Positions 18,779 through 26,597 of a stretch of 64,000 nucleotides of DNA are shown here, one piece after another. The translations under genes and the position numbers were made by a program. Source of the stretch: Candidatus Woesebacteria bacterium (GTDB lineage Bacteria; Patescibacteriota; Microgenomatia; UBA8517); assembly GCA_016432365.1 (NCBI GenBank), contig CP066686.1:410906-474905 (forward strand). The letters run 5' to 3'. The notes under the pieces were generated by a model. That model searched no databases and was not told the DNA's origin. It saw nothing but the letters and a program-made list of their open reading frames with translations. The number at the start of each line of letters is the position of its first letter. The stretch's first letter is position 1.

Positions 18779-20482
18779 ATGAATAAGCGAAACAGATTCT
18801 TCAAAATCCTGTTTGCAGTGGCGGCCATCATAGCTGTCACAGTTGCCTGCGGTGGTGGATCTGGTTTGGCGACCGATAATGGCGCTTTGCGCATTGTTGC
18901 CGACCCCACCATTCAACTTCTCGATTCCAACGGAATTCTTTCGTCGTGCGGCGTGCCGTACACGATCGAATACCTTGGATCCGTGGAGATGAAACTGAAA
19001 GTCCAGGATTATTCAACAAGTAATCCAGGCGATGTGGACGTCTTCTGGGCCGCTAGTCCAATTTGGCTTCCCGGCAGTTTTGTGGTTAACAAAACCCCAA
19101 TCATGGGCTCGTATGTCGTGTTTGGAGTTAACCCGAATATTGCCTCGCAGTTCGGTTGGAACCCGGTCAATGGCGTCTATTTCAACAACATCATGCAGGC
19201 GTCAAACTCCCGTGCGTTATCATTGGGGATAGCTTCGGCTTCACAAGATGACGCGGCCGCTAATTTCAATTTAGCGGGGCTTACGGCGCTTAAAGGTACC
19301 GGTGAGCCGTTGTATGCTGAGGACCTGGGCAATCCGGCGATTACCGATCCGATGAAGACTTTCTACTCGAACGTCTCTCTCGGATCCAATCATTCCGGCG
19401 ATCTGGCTACGAAGTTTGTTGCGGATCAGTTGTCCGGCAATCCCCAACTCAACAGTTTTGTACTGCCTGAGGCGATGGCCATTTCGGTTAATCAGCAGTT
19501 GACTGCCAAAGGCGCAAGCCCGATGACTGTCTTCTATGTTAAGGACGCGGTCGGTCTGCAAAGCTTTACCATGGGTTACACCAAGGATTCAAGTGATGCC
19601 AAGCAGGAAAGTTTCAATACGCTTGTAAAGTGCTTGACCTCTGCCGATACACAGAAGAAGTTACAAAACCTTGGTTTCCGTGCCGGTGGCGTTGGTATGA
19701 AGATCGAAAATCCCAATACTAGCGTTTTCAATCCCGCTTGGGGATTCGATGGTACGGCGGAATATCTTACCGTGAATCTTCCGAAGTTTCCGGTGATCGA
19801 AACCGCCCTCAACACCTATCAACTTGCGTGGAAAAAGCCGTCTTGTACTGTCTATGTTTTGGATTTTTCTCCATCCATGGACCCTGATGGGAGAGCTCAA
19901 CTCCTGGCCGCTATGAAGCTTTTGCTCGGCCCGGATGCAGCCAAGTACACTCTGCAGACAGGACAAAATGATTCGACTTACGCTGTTACTTTTGCGGATC
20001 GAATCTTGTCGCAGTACTCTGTGAGTGGCAACGATGCCGCCAGTTTGTATGCGGAAACGCCAGCTGATCAACTGCGATATGCACCGAACGACGCGAAAAA
20101 AGAAAATCCGCTCAATCCTTACGACGCAAATTCGCTCTTTGGAAAGATCTACTATGAACCGTTTGGTAACGCAACAGACATTTATGGATCCGTTGTTTAC
20201 GGACTTCAATTGGCTGTTCAGAATTGCAGAGCGGATCAGCTTCCAGCGGTTGTGTTTCTTACCGACGGTGAGCGTACTGCCGGGCCCAAATATTCGTATC
20301 TTAAGGATTTTGTGAATGATAACAACTTACAGATCCGTGTGTATGCGATTTTGATGGGCGACGCGGATGAAGGGGTTTTGGCTGAGATCACGGCACTTAC
20401 CAAAGCAGGCGAACCTTGCGATGGCCGTACAGGAGAAGACGCACTTGTGCGTTGTTTCCGCAATATCCGAGGCAGTAACTGA
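18779..20482 (+). CDS. Solute-binding (PBP2) plus C-terminal vWA domain protein, putative lipoprotein
   Basis: Signal peptide ending VTVA-C; YLGSVEM...DVFWAASPIW PBP2-like N-terminus; MIDAS VLDFSPSM, TDIY, FLTDGE; AGGAGG SD. Confidence 0.85.
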   Translation: MNKRNRFFKILFAVAAIIAVTVACGGGSGLATDNGALRIVADPTIQLLDSNGILSSCGVPYTIEYLGSVEMKLKVQDYSTSNPGDVDVFWAASPIWLPGSFVVNKTPIMGSYVVFGVNPNIASQFGWNPVNGVYFNNIMQASNSRALSLGIASASQDDAAANFNLAGLTALKGTGEPLYAEDLGNPAITDPMKTFYSNVSLGSNHSGDLATKFVADQLSGNPQLNSFVLPEAMAISVNQQLTAKGASPMTVFYVKDAVGLQSFTMGYTKDSSDAKQESFNTLVKCLTSADTQKKLQNLGFRAGGVGMKIENPNTSVFNPAWGFDGTAEYLTVNLPKFPVIETALNTYQLAWKKPSCTVYVLDFSPSMDPDGRAQLLAAMKLLLGPDAAKYTLQTGQNDSTYAVTFADRILSQYSVSGNDAASLYAETPADQLRYAPNDAKKENPLNPYDANSLFGKIYYEPFGNATDIYGSVVYGLQLAVQNCRADQLPAVVFLTDGERTAGPKYSYLKDFVNDNNLQIRVYAILMGDADEGVLAEITALTKAGEPCDGRTGEDALVRCFRNIRGSN

Positions 20483-20499
20483 AGAAAGGAAATTATACA

Positions 20500-21603
20500 A
20501 TGAAGCGAAACCAACTTTTCATTGTCGGTGCGGCCCTGATGCTACTGGTCTTGGTGGCCATCGTGGTTGTACCGAATGTTTTCAAGACAACCCCCAAGAC
20601 TACAATCACGTGTCTGGGCGGACAAGTCTTTTTGGCCGATGAAGGTATGCAACAGCGCCTGCTGGATGAGTACAACATCGAGGTCAAATACGTTTCCTCC
20701 GGATCCTTTGAAATGAAGGATAAAGACCTGACTGGTATTGACTGTGCCTGGCCCGGAAGCGCCCCAGCGGCAGCCGATTTTGTCAGTGCGCACAAGGACA
20801 TCGTGCTTAAGAAAGATACGATGTTCCGTACGTTCAACCTGTTCTTCACCCGCAAGGATCTGGGCTACGAAGATGCTTTTATCAAAGCAGGTTACGTTTA
20901 CCAGAAAGACGGAGCCGACTTTATGCCCATGGCGCCCATTATCGAAGCCATGAAAGCTCACAAGACATGGGAAGAAATTGGCGTTCAGGGCGTGCCGGGA
21001 TTCGTGAATATCAAGTATTCTGCCCCGGAATCGTCTGGCGGCGGTCTGCAGCACCTGTTCTTGCTTTGCAGTTACCTTATGCCTGGCGGTGAGAACGGCG
21101 GACTTCCGTGCGATGCTGCAAATTTGGGCCCCGTATTACCGACTCTGGTTGACAACTGGAATTTCCAGGGTGGGCAGACCGGCTCAAGTCCCGAGTGGTT
21201 CAAGGCGTGGCTGCAAAACAGCAGGAGCCTTCCTTTGGGAGCAAGTTCAGAAAGTCTATTCCTGGGCTACTACAATCAATTGCCTGCCGATCAGAAAAAG
21301 GCTGCACTGGACGACATCGTCGGTATTTATTCGGAATGGACGATTGGAACTGACCATGTCTTCATCGCGATTACACCCAACGGTGTGAGACTGCTGGAGA
21401 TTTTGCAATCGGATCCATATTTCGCCCAGCGTGCATGGGATGCCTATGGTATGCGCACCGCATTCGGTGGCCTTGGCGCTAAGCCCGGACAAACGGATGT
21501 TCCTTGGATCGTCGCAGAGCCGCTTGCAATAAGCGAGCCCAAGCAGGATGCTACACAAATGATCACCTGCGCGATCAATCCCGCGAAATGCGCACCCAAG
21601 TAA
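20500..21603 (+). CDS. Membrane-anchored solute-binding-like (PBP2) protein
   Basis: N-terminal TM; GSFEM...DCAWPGS, P-SSGGG, DHVFIAITPNG...AWDAYGMRT pattern resembling the SBP-like partners of vWA/TelA operons. Confidence 0.7.
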   Translation: MKRNQLFIVGAALMLLVLVAIVVVPNVFKTTPKTTITCLGGQVFLADEGMQQRLLDEYNIEVKYVSSGSFEMKDKDLTGIDCAWPGSAPAAADFVSAHKDIVLKKDTMFRTFNLFFTRKDLGYEDAFIKAGYVYQKDGADFMPMAPIIEAMKAHKTWEEIGVQGVPGFVNIKYSAPESSGGGLQHLFLLCSYLMPGGENGGLPCDAANLGPVLPTLVDNWNFQGGQTGSSPEWFKAWLQNSRSLPLGASSESLFLGYYNQLPADQKKAALDDIVGIYSEWTIGTDHVFIAITPNGVRLLEILQSDPYFAQRAWDAYGMRTAFGGLGAKPGQTDVPWIVAEPLAISEPKQDATQMITCAINPAKCAPK

Positions 21604-21604
21604 G

Positions 21605-21618
21605 TTGAATCTCAAGAT
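21605..21618 (+). repeat. 3' arm TTGAATCTCAAGAT (pairs with 18724-18737)
   Basis: Perfect 14-bp inverted repeat starting 1 nt after the stop; followed by TTAGTT as in unit 0. Confidence 0.85.
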
Positions 21619-21622
21619 TTAG

Positions 21623-21723
21623 TTTTACGGCGACCGCGCTGACATTTAGGCCATTAATTTGGTAAAATGTCAGCCGGTCGCCAGATTCATTGAGTTCAGA
21701 AATCATTTCTGGATTCAAAAATC
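21623..21723 (+). ncRNA. Candidate cis-acting two-hairpin RNA element, copy A
   Basis: TTTTAC-GGCGACCG..CTGACATTT/AAATGTCAG.CGGTCGCC-A-GATT..TGAGTTCAGAAA/TTTCTG..TTCA..AATC; homologous to 23851-23961 with compensatory changes. Confidence 0.65.
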
Positions 21724-21730
21724 ATATTTT

Positions 21731-21753
21731 TGCACGTTAACATCTTGAGATTC
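21731..21753 (+). promoter_or_regulatory. boxA-like motif plus 5' arm ATCTTGAGATTC (unit 2)
   Basis: TGCACGTTAACA is 10/12 to boxA TGCTCTTTAACA. Arm 21742-21753 is the reverse complement of 23791-23802 (and of 21607-21618). Confidence 0.75.
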
Positions 21754-21770
21754 TAAGAAAGGAGTAGCTC

Positions 21771-22394
21771 ATGAGCGATGATTTCAAAGAGAAAGTGGCA
21801 GCTAACGCCGGCATTATTGCCATCGTGTCCGCCACGATCATGTTTTTGATTTCCTATTTGGTGCTCAGTAACGTAACACAAGGGAACTGGTTGAAGTCAC
21901 TTGTAGTGGCAGCGGTTTTCTTTGGTGTTACTGTCTTGGGCGTCTGGTTGATGGCAAGCCAAGTGGTTGATGCCTATACTCTGGACGCGGCAGACAACAT
22001 CGGCGACGTGAACAACCAGTTGAAAAGACTGCGTGGTTACGCGATGGAAATCAAAGATCCTGCGGTTAAAGCGATTCTTGGCAAGATCAGCAAGGATACC
22101 GTCGCACTTGTCAAATTCACCCGTAGACACCAACCATCGTCATTGCTGTCGTGCGCGACCGTGCTTGAAGCATGGTTTGAGATGATTATCAAAAACGCGG
22201 CAAAATGTGCTGAGGTTGGACAAGAAACGGATTACTTCAAGAATCAAAGTGCGATCTACAAAACTGCATTGAAAGGATTTGAAGGCTTCGATCAATTTTT
22301 GATCAACAGCATAAATCTAATCACTGCAGGTTCCGATCCTGAATTTGAGGCCAATTCCAAGATGCTTGACGCATCGCGGTTCAACCTGATCTAG
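21771..22394 (+). CDS. XpaC-like membrane protein (5-bromo-4-chloroindolyl phosphate hydrolysis family)
   Basis: Two N-terminal TMs plus a helical domain, directly upstream of the telA-like gene (the known xpaC-telA/yaaN pairing); AAGGAG SD. Confidence 0.6.
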   Translation: MSDDFKEKVAANAGIIAIVSATIMFLISYLVLSNVTQGNWLKSLVVAAVFFGVTVLGVWLMASQVVDAYTLDAADNIGDVNNQLKRLRGYAMEIKDPAVKAILGKISKDTVALVKFTRRHQPSSLLSCATVLEAWFEMIIKNAAKCAEVGQETDYFKNQSAIYKTALKGFEGFDQFLINSINLITAGSDPEFEANSKMLDASRFNLI

Positions 22395-22483
22395 TTAGTC
22401 GAAGTGCGGCTAGGTCGACACATCCAATTTTCAAGAATTCGAGCTAAAACTAGCTCGTTTCTATTCATATCTAAGGAGATAAA

Positions 22484-23788
22484 ATGAACGTTGATCCCAA
22501 CAAACCCGGTTTGTCAGTTGATGTCACCCCTGTTCCAGTCGCCCCCGCAACGGATGTTCTGTCCAATGTGGCGAGTGCGCCAAATGGTCCTCAGGGCGTC
22601 GTGGCTCGTGACCTTCTGGACGGTAAAGCGCAGATCAAGGCCGACAGAGAAGCGGAAGGCGACTTTGTTGCCCTTTTCGAAAACGCCGAAGCGCTTACGA
22701 ATTACGGCAACACCGAACTCGAGCCGCTCAACAAGCTGATCGACGACGCTGCCGCGCAAATTCCCCCAGTCGTCATCCCTGAACTGCAGGCCAAGATGGG
22801 CGAATTGCATCGGGATATGCGCAAACTTTCCGGCAAGTATGACATGGGCAATCCCAAGGTCATCGCCTGGGTTCGCGATTCCGTGGCTGGCATCAAGCGG
22901 GGCTGGTTCACCGGAGAGTCCATCTTTGATGCCATCCTCTTCGATGCGAAGAACACTTACCAGAAGCTCGACACGGTCAAGGCTGTTGTCAAGCCGAAGG
23001 AATTGCAGGCTGTCAAGAATGTTGGGCTGTTGGACACTTTCTATCGTACCAACGATTCGGAAATCCTGGCCCTCATCTATCGCATTGCGGTTATGGAATC
23101 GATCCAAAGCCTCGGCGAGGCTGCCGCGCGCAACATCAAAGCGGATCCCGGAAAGCCCTCGGATCAGCCTTTGATCACGAAGCGCAATTTGTTGACGGAG
23201 TTCGCCAACAACATGTCGCTGAAAAGTTCCAGTTTCAAAGGCCGCCTGTTCCTTGGTTGGGCAAACGGTCCTCAGTTGATCACCAAGCGCACGTTGAACC
23301 TTTCGCTCGCCGTTCGCTTGAACATGATCACCAACGTTTCCCTCCCGAGCGTCAAATTCGCGGTCGAACAGTGGGAACTGGCGATTCAAATGCAACAACT
23401 GGCCAGCATCATCGAGTTGACCGAGAATTTCAACAATGAAGTTCTGACCCAGGCTGCCAAAGCCGGCGCTCAGGTTGCCGCTTACGTTGTTGATACGACC
23501 CAGGCCCCTGCCTTGCGCCCGGAGTCCATCAAAGCAATCGCAGACGCCATTGCTTCCCAGGCTGACGCTACCGCTCAGGCATACGTGCTTGGCCTTCAAC
23601 GCCGCCAGGAAGCCGATAAGGCAATCTTCGATTCGCAGAAGCTTATCGCCAATTCACAGAACAAGGTTTCGGACGCGTTCTTGAACAAGGTGATCGCGAA
23701 TGCGAACACGGCACGCCAAGTCGCCCGCAACGAGCAAAACGAATTGCTCGCTCTGGCGAAGCAGGTTCCCGCGGCCGCCGCTGCGTAA
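22484..23788 (+). CDS. telA: Toxic anion resistance protein TelA-like
   Basis: All-helical coiled-coil, 434 aa; LTNYG, PQL...NLSL, ENFNNEVL patterns; genomic context with vWA/SBP/XpaC. Confidence 0.7.
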   Translation: MNVDPNKPGLSVDVTPVPVAPATDVLSNVASAPNGPQGVVARDLLDGKAQIKADREAEGDFVALFENAEALTNYGNTELEPLNKLIDDAAAQIPPVVIPELQAKMGELHRDMRKLSGKYDMGNPKVIAWVRDSVAGIKRGWFTGESIFDAILFDAKNTYQKLDTVKAVVKPKELQAVKNVGLLDTFYRTNDSEILALIYRIAVMESIQSLGEAAARNIKADPGKPSDQPLITKRNLLTEFANNMSLKSSSFKGRLFLGWANGPQLITKRTLNLSLAVRLNMITNVSLPSVKFAVEQWELAIQMQQLASIIELTENFNNEVLTQAAKAGAQVAAYVVDTTQAPALRPESIKAIADAIASQADATAQAYVLGLQRRQEADKAIFDSQKLIANSQNKVSDAFLNKVIANANTARQVARNEQNELLALAKQVPAAAAA

Positions 23789-23790
23789 CT

Positions 23791-23802
23791 GAATCTCAAG
23801 AT
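23791..23802 (+). repeat. 3' arm GAATCTCAAGAT (pairs with 21742-21753 or 18724-18735)
   Basis: Perfect 12-bp inverted repeat starting 2 nt after the stop. Confidence 0.85.
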
Positions 23803-23804
23803 CT

Positions 23805-23845
23805 AAAAAGAGGTGGTAGACCATTTAAAACGGTTTACCACCTCT
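23805..23845. terminator. Strong hairpin (terminator-like; U-tract on minus strand)
   Basis: AGAGGTGGTAGACC/GGTTTACCACCTCT 14-bp stem with an upstream A-run. Confidence 0.6.
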
Positions 23846-23850
23846 GGTAC

Positions 23851-23961
23851 TTTTACGGCGATCAGCCAAACTTTAGTTGTCCCCCTGGACTTCTACCGTT
23901 TGACTGATCGCCCGATTATTTGAGTACAGAAAAATCTTAAATTTCTGTCATCAAACAGATC
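23851..23961 (+). ncRNA. Candidate cis-acting two-hairpin RNA element, copy B
   Basis: TTTTAC-GGCGATCAG.CAAAC/GTTTG.CTGATCGCC-C-GATT..TGAGTACAGAAA/TTTCTGT..TCA..GATC. Confidence 0.65.
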
Positions 23962-24019
23962 GAATTTCGTTTCACAAATCGCACATTTCCATATTCAAAA
24001 AAAGAAAGGAAGAAGCATC

Positions 24020-24502
24020 GTGAAAACGTATCAGTTATTGATCTTTCTGGGAGTGATCCTTGGTTTGGCAATAGGAGTTGCTTCCCAGATCCACCAGCTT
24101 CAGGGCATGTTATCCAACATTGGCAATTTTATTGTCGATTTGTTGGTGTTTGTAGTGACCCTCGTTGGTGCCGGATTTTTGGGCTGGTTGGCCAAAGCAT
24201 ACGGCATCGCGGCTCTCGACATCAATGTTTGGCCGGAGAAAAACATGACTGCCAATCAAAGGTACGCGATTTTATCGGTACTTCTATTGGCTACATTCTT
24301 CGGTTGGATTTGGGTGGCTATGGCCCTTGTCGTTCCCGGAAGTTGGATGTATGCAATTGGAACCGATGGGTTTTGGTGGTCCGGCGCCTTTGAAACACCG
24401 CCCGTTTTATGGGGTGTTTGGGGTGCAGTATCATTTCTGATTGCATGGTCTTCCACAGACCACCGACCGGGTTATCGCCTTTTCAACGGCGAAGCTGACT
24501 GA
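24020..24502 (+). CDS. Trp-rich membrane protein, paralog 1
   Basis: 4-5 TMs; shares KAYGIA.LD..VW.EKNMT, PG.WMY.IGT, FETPP..WGVWGA and TDH.P.YR with the next gene. Confidence 0.8.
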   Translation: MKTYQLLIFLGVILGLAIGVASQIHQLQGMLSNIGNFIVDLLVFVVTLVGAGFLGWLAKAYGIAALDINVWPEKNMTANQRYAILSVLLLATFFGWIWVAMALVVPGSWMYAIGTDGFWWSGAFETPPVLWGVWGAVSFLIAWSSTDHRPGYRLFNGEAD

Positions 24503-24515
24503 AGGAGAAAAGATT

Positions 24516-25058
24516 ATGAATAAACAGCAGTTTGGTCTTGTTGTTGCGGTCATTGTGGCTGTGATTTTAGGGATAGGTTATATGATCCCTCAGTCACATT
24601 CTCTGGTTGACGTAGTCGTCAAGATTTTCGTGGGAATAGTGATGTTTGTCGTCAACCTTGCGGTTTTCCTGCTGACTCTGGGTGGAGCACTTCTCTTGGC
24701 CTGGCTTGTTAAGGCCTATGGTATTGCTCTGCTGGACATGAAGGTTTGGAAAGAAAAGAACATGACAGATGGACAGCGCATCGGCATTGGAGCAATCTTG
24801 CACGTTCTTGCTTTCGTGCTCTGGGTCGGCGCTCCCTACCTGCTCATTCAACCTGGTACCTGGATGTACTGGATTGGTACCCATGTTGGATGGTATGGCG
24901 TTTTTGAAACTCCTCCCATCTGGTGGGGAGTCTGGGGTGCACTTACCTTTTTCTTCGGTTGGTACAATACGGATCACGAACCGTTTTACCGAAAACTTGA
25001 GAGGTGGGAGGAAGAGCGTGAAGACAAGGCTCGGAGGCAGCGAGATGCCAGTAACTAA
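24516..25058 (+). CDS. Trp-rich membrane protein, paralog 2
   Basis: AAGGAG SD before ATG 24516; clear paralog of 24020-24502. Confidence 0.8.
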   Translation: MNKQQFGLVVAVIVAVILGIGYMIPQSHSLVDVVVKIFVGIVMFVVNLAVFLLTLGGALLLAWLVKAYGIALLDMKVWKEKNMTDGQRIGIGAILHVLAFVLWVGAPYLLIQPGTWMYWIGTHVGWYGVFETPPIWWGVWGALTFFFGWYNTDHEPFYRKLERWEEEREDKARRQRDASN

Positions 25059-25413
25059 TACCATTTCCGGCGATATCTTTTTGATCACCTTGCCCGGCTT
25101 TCCGGACCTAGTGATTGACCCGGCCGACGTTGAGGAATTGGAGAATGCCTCCTTTTACCGAGTCAGCGGCGTGTTGATTGATGACTTGGTAACGTTCATT
25201 GTGACCCCGTATTTCGGAGGTTCTTACTTGAGCGTAACGTATACCGATGGAGATCGGGTTGAAGATGATTCTACGCGTGGCCGTGGTGAATGTCACTTCA
25301 CCCATACGGTGAAGCAGGACGAGGAACGAGTTTCGCTTGAAATATGGTCGGGTGAAAAATCCGATGCAAATAACACCAAGCGGACAGTTGTCCTGATCTT
25401 TAATGTGAAGTAG
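25045..25413 (+). CDS. Hypothetical acidic beta-rich protein (122 aa)
   Basis: GGAGG SD before ATG 25045, overlapping the previous stop; followed by a terminator. Confidence 0.65.
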   Translation: MPVTNTISGDIFLITLPGFPDLVIDPADVEELENASFYRVSGVLIDDLVTFIVTPYFGGSYLSVTYTDGDRVEDDSTRGRGECHFTHTVKQDEERVSLEIWSGEKSDANNTKRTVVLIFNVK

Positions 25414-25419
25414 TTTCCG

Positions 25420-25460
25420 GCCCCGATCGGGTTTTAATAACCTGACCGGGGCTTTTTTTT
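25420..25460 (+). terminator. Intrinsic terminator ending the island operon
   Basis: GCCCCGATCGGGTT/AACCTGACCGGGGC plus T8. Confidence 0.9.
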
Positions 25461-25484
25461 GGCAAAATGAGATATAATTCAGTC

Positions 25485-26537
25485 ATGCAGGAACTTAAAC
25501 AAAAAGTTGATGAGCTTTTGATCCGCCTAAATAAGCTGATCGAGGTTATTGGTCTTCCCGAAAAAAAGCAAAAAATAGTCGAGCTTGAGGCTAAGGCGTC
25601 CGAGCCTACACTTTGGGATGATCCAAACCAGGCACGTGCAGTTACCCAGGAGCTTTCGGACATTAAAAAGGAAGTAGATGAAATTTCCGATCTAAAAAGC
25701 ACCCTGGAGATTCTAACCGAGGTTCAGGACGAGGAAGAGGTCAAAAAGGCCGAAAAGACCCTAGCCAGGCTGGAGCTTGTATCCTATCTTTCAGGAGAAT
25801 ATGATGCCAAGAATGCCCTAATTTCGATCCATGCGGGCCAAGGAGGCACGGAGGCTATGGATTGGAGTAATATGCTATACCGCATGTATCTACGTTTTTG
25901 TGAACGTAGGGGATGGCCCACGGAGAACCTAGATTATACCTCGGGCGAGGAAGCCGGTATTAAGAGTGTTACCTTCAAAGTTACAGGGCATTATGCCTAT
26001 GGCTACCTAAAAAGAGAGGCGGGAACCCACAGGCTGGTGCGTCAGTCTCCTTTTAATGCGGATAAGCTCAGACAAACCTCGTTTGCGTTATGTGAAGTCA
26101 TGCCTGAACTAACCGATACAGACCTCCATGACATGGAAATTAAAGACAGCGACTTAGAATGGCAGTTTATTCATGCCGGTGGGCACGGGGGTCAGAATGT
26201 TAATAAAGTTGCTACAGCGGTCCGACTTACCCATGTTCCATCAGGAATTGTGATTACAGCTTCAACCGAACGTTTTCAGGAACAAAATAGAAAAATAGCC
26301 CTGGATCTTCTTCGCGGAAAACTATGGATTAGACAGCAGGAGATTGAAAAAGGAGTCAAAAAGGAAATTAAAGGGGACTATCGGCCTGCTTCCTGGGGAA
26401 CTCAAATCCGTTCCTATGTTTTACATCCATATAAAATGGTAAAAGATCTTCGTACTCAGGTAGAAACCGGCAATACAGATGCGGTTCTTGACGGAGAGAT
26501 AGATGAATTCATAGACGCGGAGCTTAAACTTCATTAA
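25485..26537 (+). CDS. prfB: Peptide chain release factor 2 (single frame)
   Basis: GGTEAMDW, GEEAGIKS, SPF anticodon-mimic motif, GGQ, WGTQIRSYVLHPY. Confidence 0.97.
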   Translation: MQELKQKVDELLIRLNKLIEVIGLPEKKQKIVELEAKASEPTLWDDPNQARAVTQELSDIKKEVDEISDLKSTLEILTEVQDEEEVKKAEKTLARLELVSYLSGEYDAKNALISIHAGQGGTEAMDWSNMLYRMYLRFCERRGWPTENLDYTSGEEAGIKSVTFKVTGHYAYGYLKREAGTHRLVRQSPFNADKLRQTSFALCEVMPELTDTDLHDMEIKDSDLEWQFIHAGGHGGQNVNKVATAVRLTHVPSGIVITASTERFQEQNRKIALDLLRGKLWIRQQEIEKGVKKEIKGDYRPASWGTQIRSYVLHPYKMVKDLRTQVETGNTDAVLDGEIDEFIDAELKLH

Positions 26538-26597
26538 AAAATTCCTCTCAGGCGAAATCCGGCTCGTGCTTTTCAGATATGCCTGAGAGATTTGTTT
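26536..26597. terminator. Bidirectional terminator-like hairpin
   Basis: CTCTCAGGC...GCCTGAGAG between convergent genes, with A-run and T-rich flanks. Confidence 0.65.

Noticed and set aside
21607-21753. Purely local hairpin explanation for the GAATCTCAAGAT/ATCTTGAGATTC pair
   Set aside because: Local pairing is possible, but it does not explain the copies at 18724 and 23791, the longer 14-bp match of 18724 with 21605, or the independent unit-0 pair. Kept only as an alternative conformation.
22514-23599. 361-aa antisense ORF over the telA-like gene (also 19661-20209 and 20542-21054)
   Set aside because: Shadow ORFs expected from the strong codon bias of the sense genes; no SD, promoter or motifs.
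21623-23961. Two-hairpin elements as integron attC sites or CRISPR repeats
   Set aside because: No GTTRRRY/RYYYAAC ends, no regular repeat-spacer periodicity, and no integrase or cas gene in the window.
24769-25044. N-terminal extension of the 214-aa ORF (and similar long starts at 2334, 24441, 33965, 53828)
   Set aside because: They overlap neighbouring genes or promoters; downstream starts have an SD or a properly placed -10 box.
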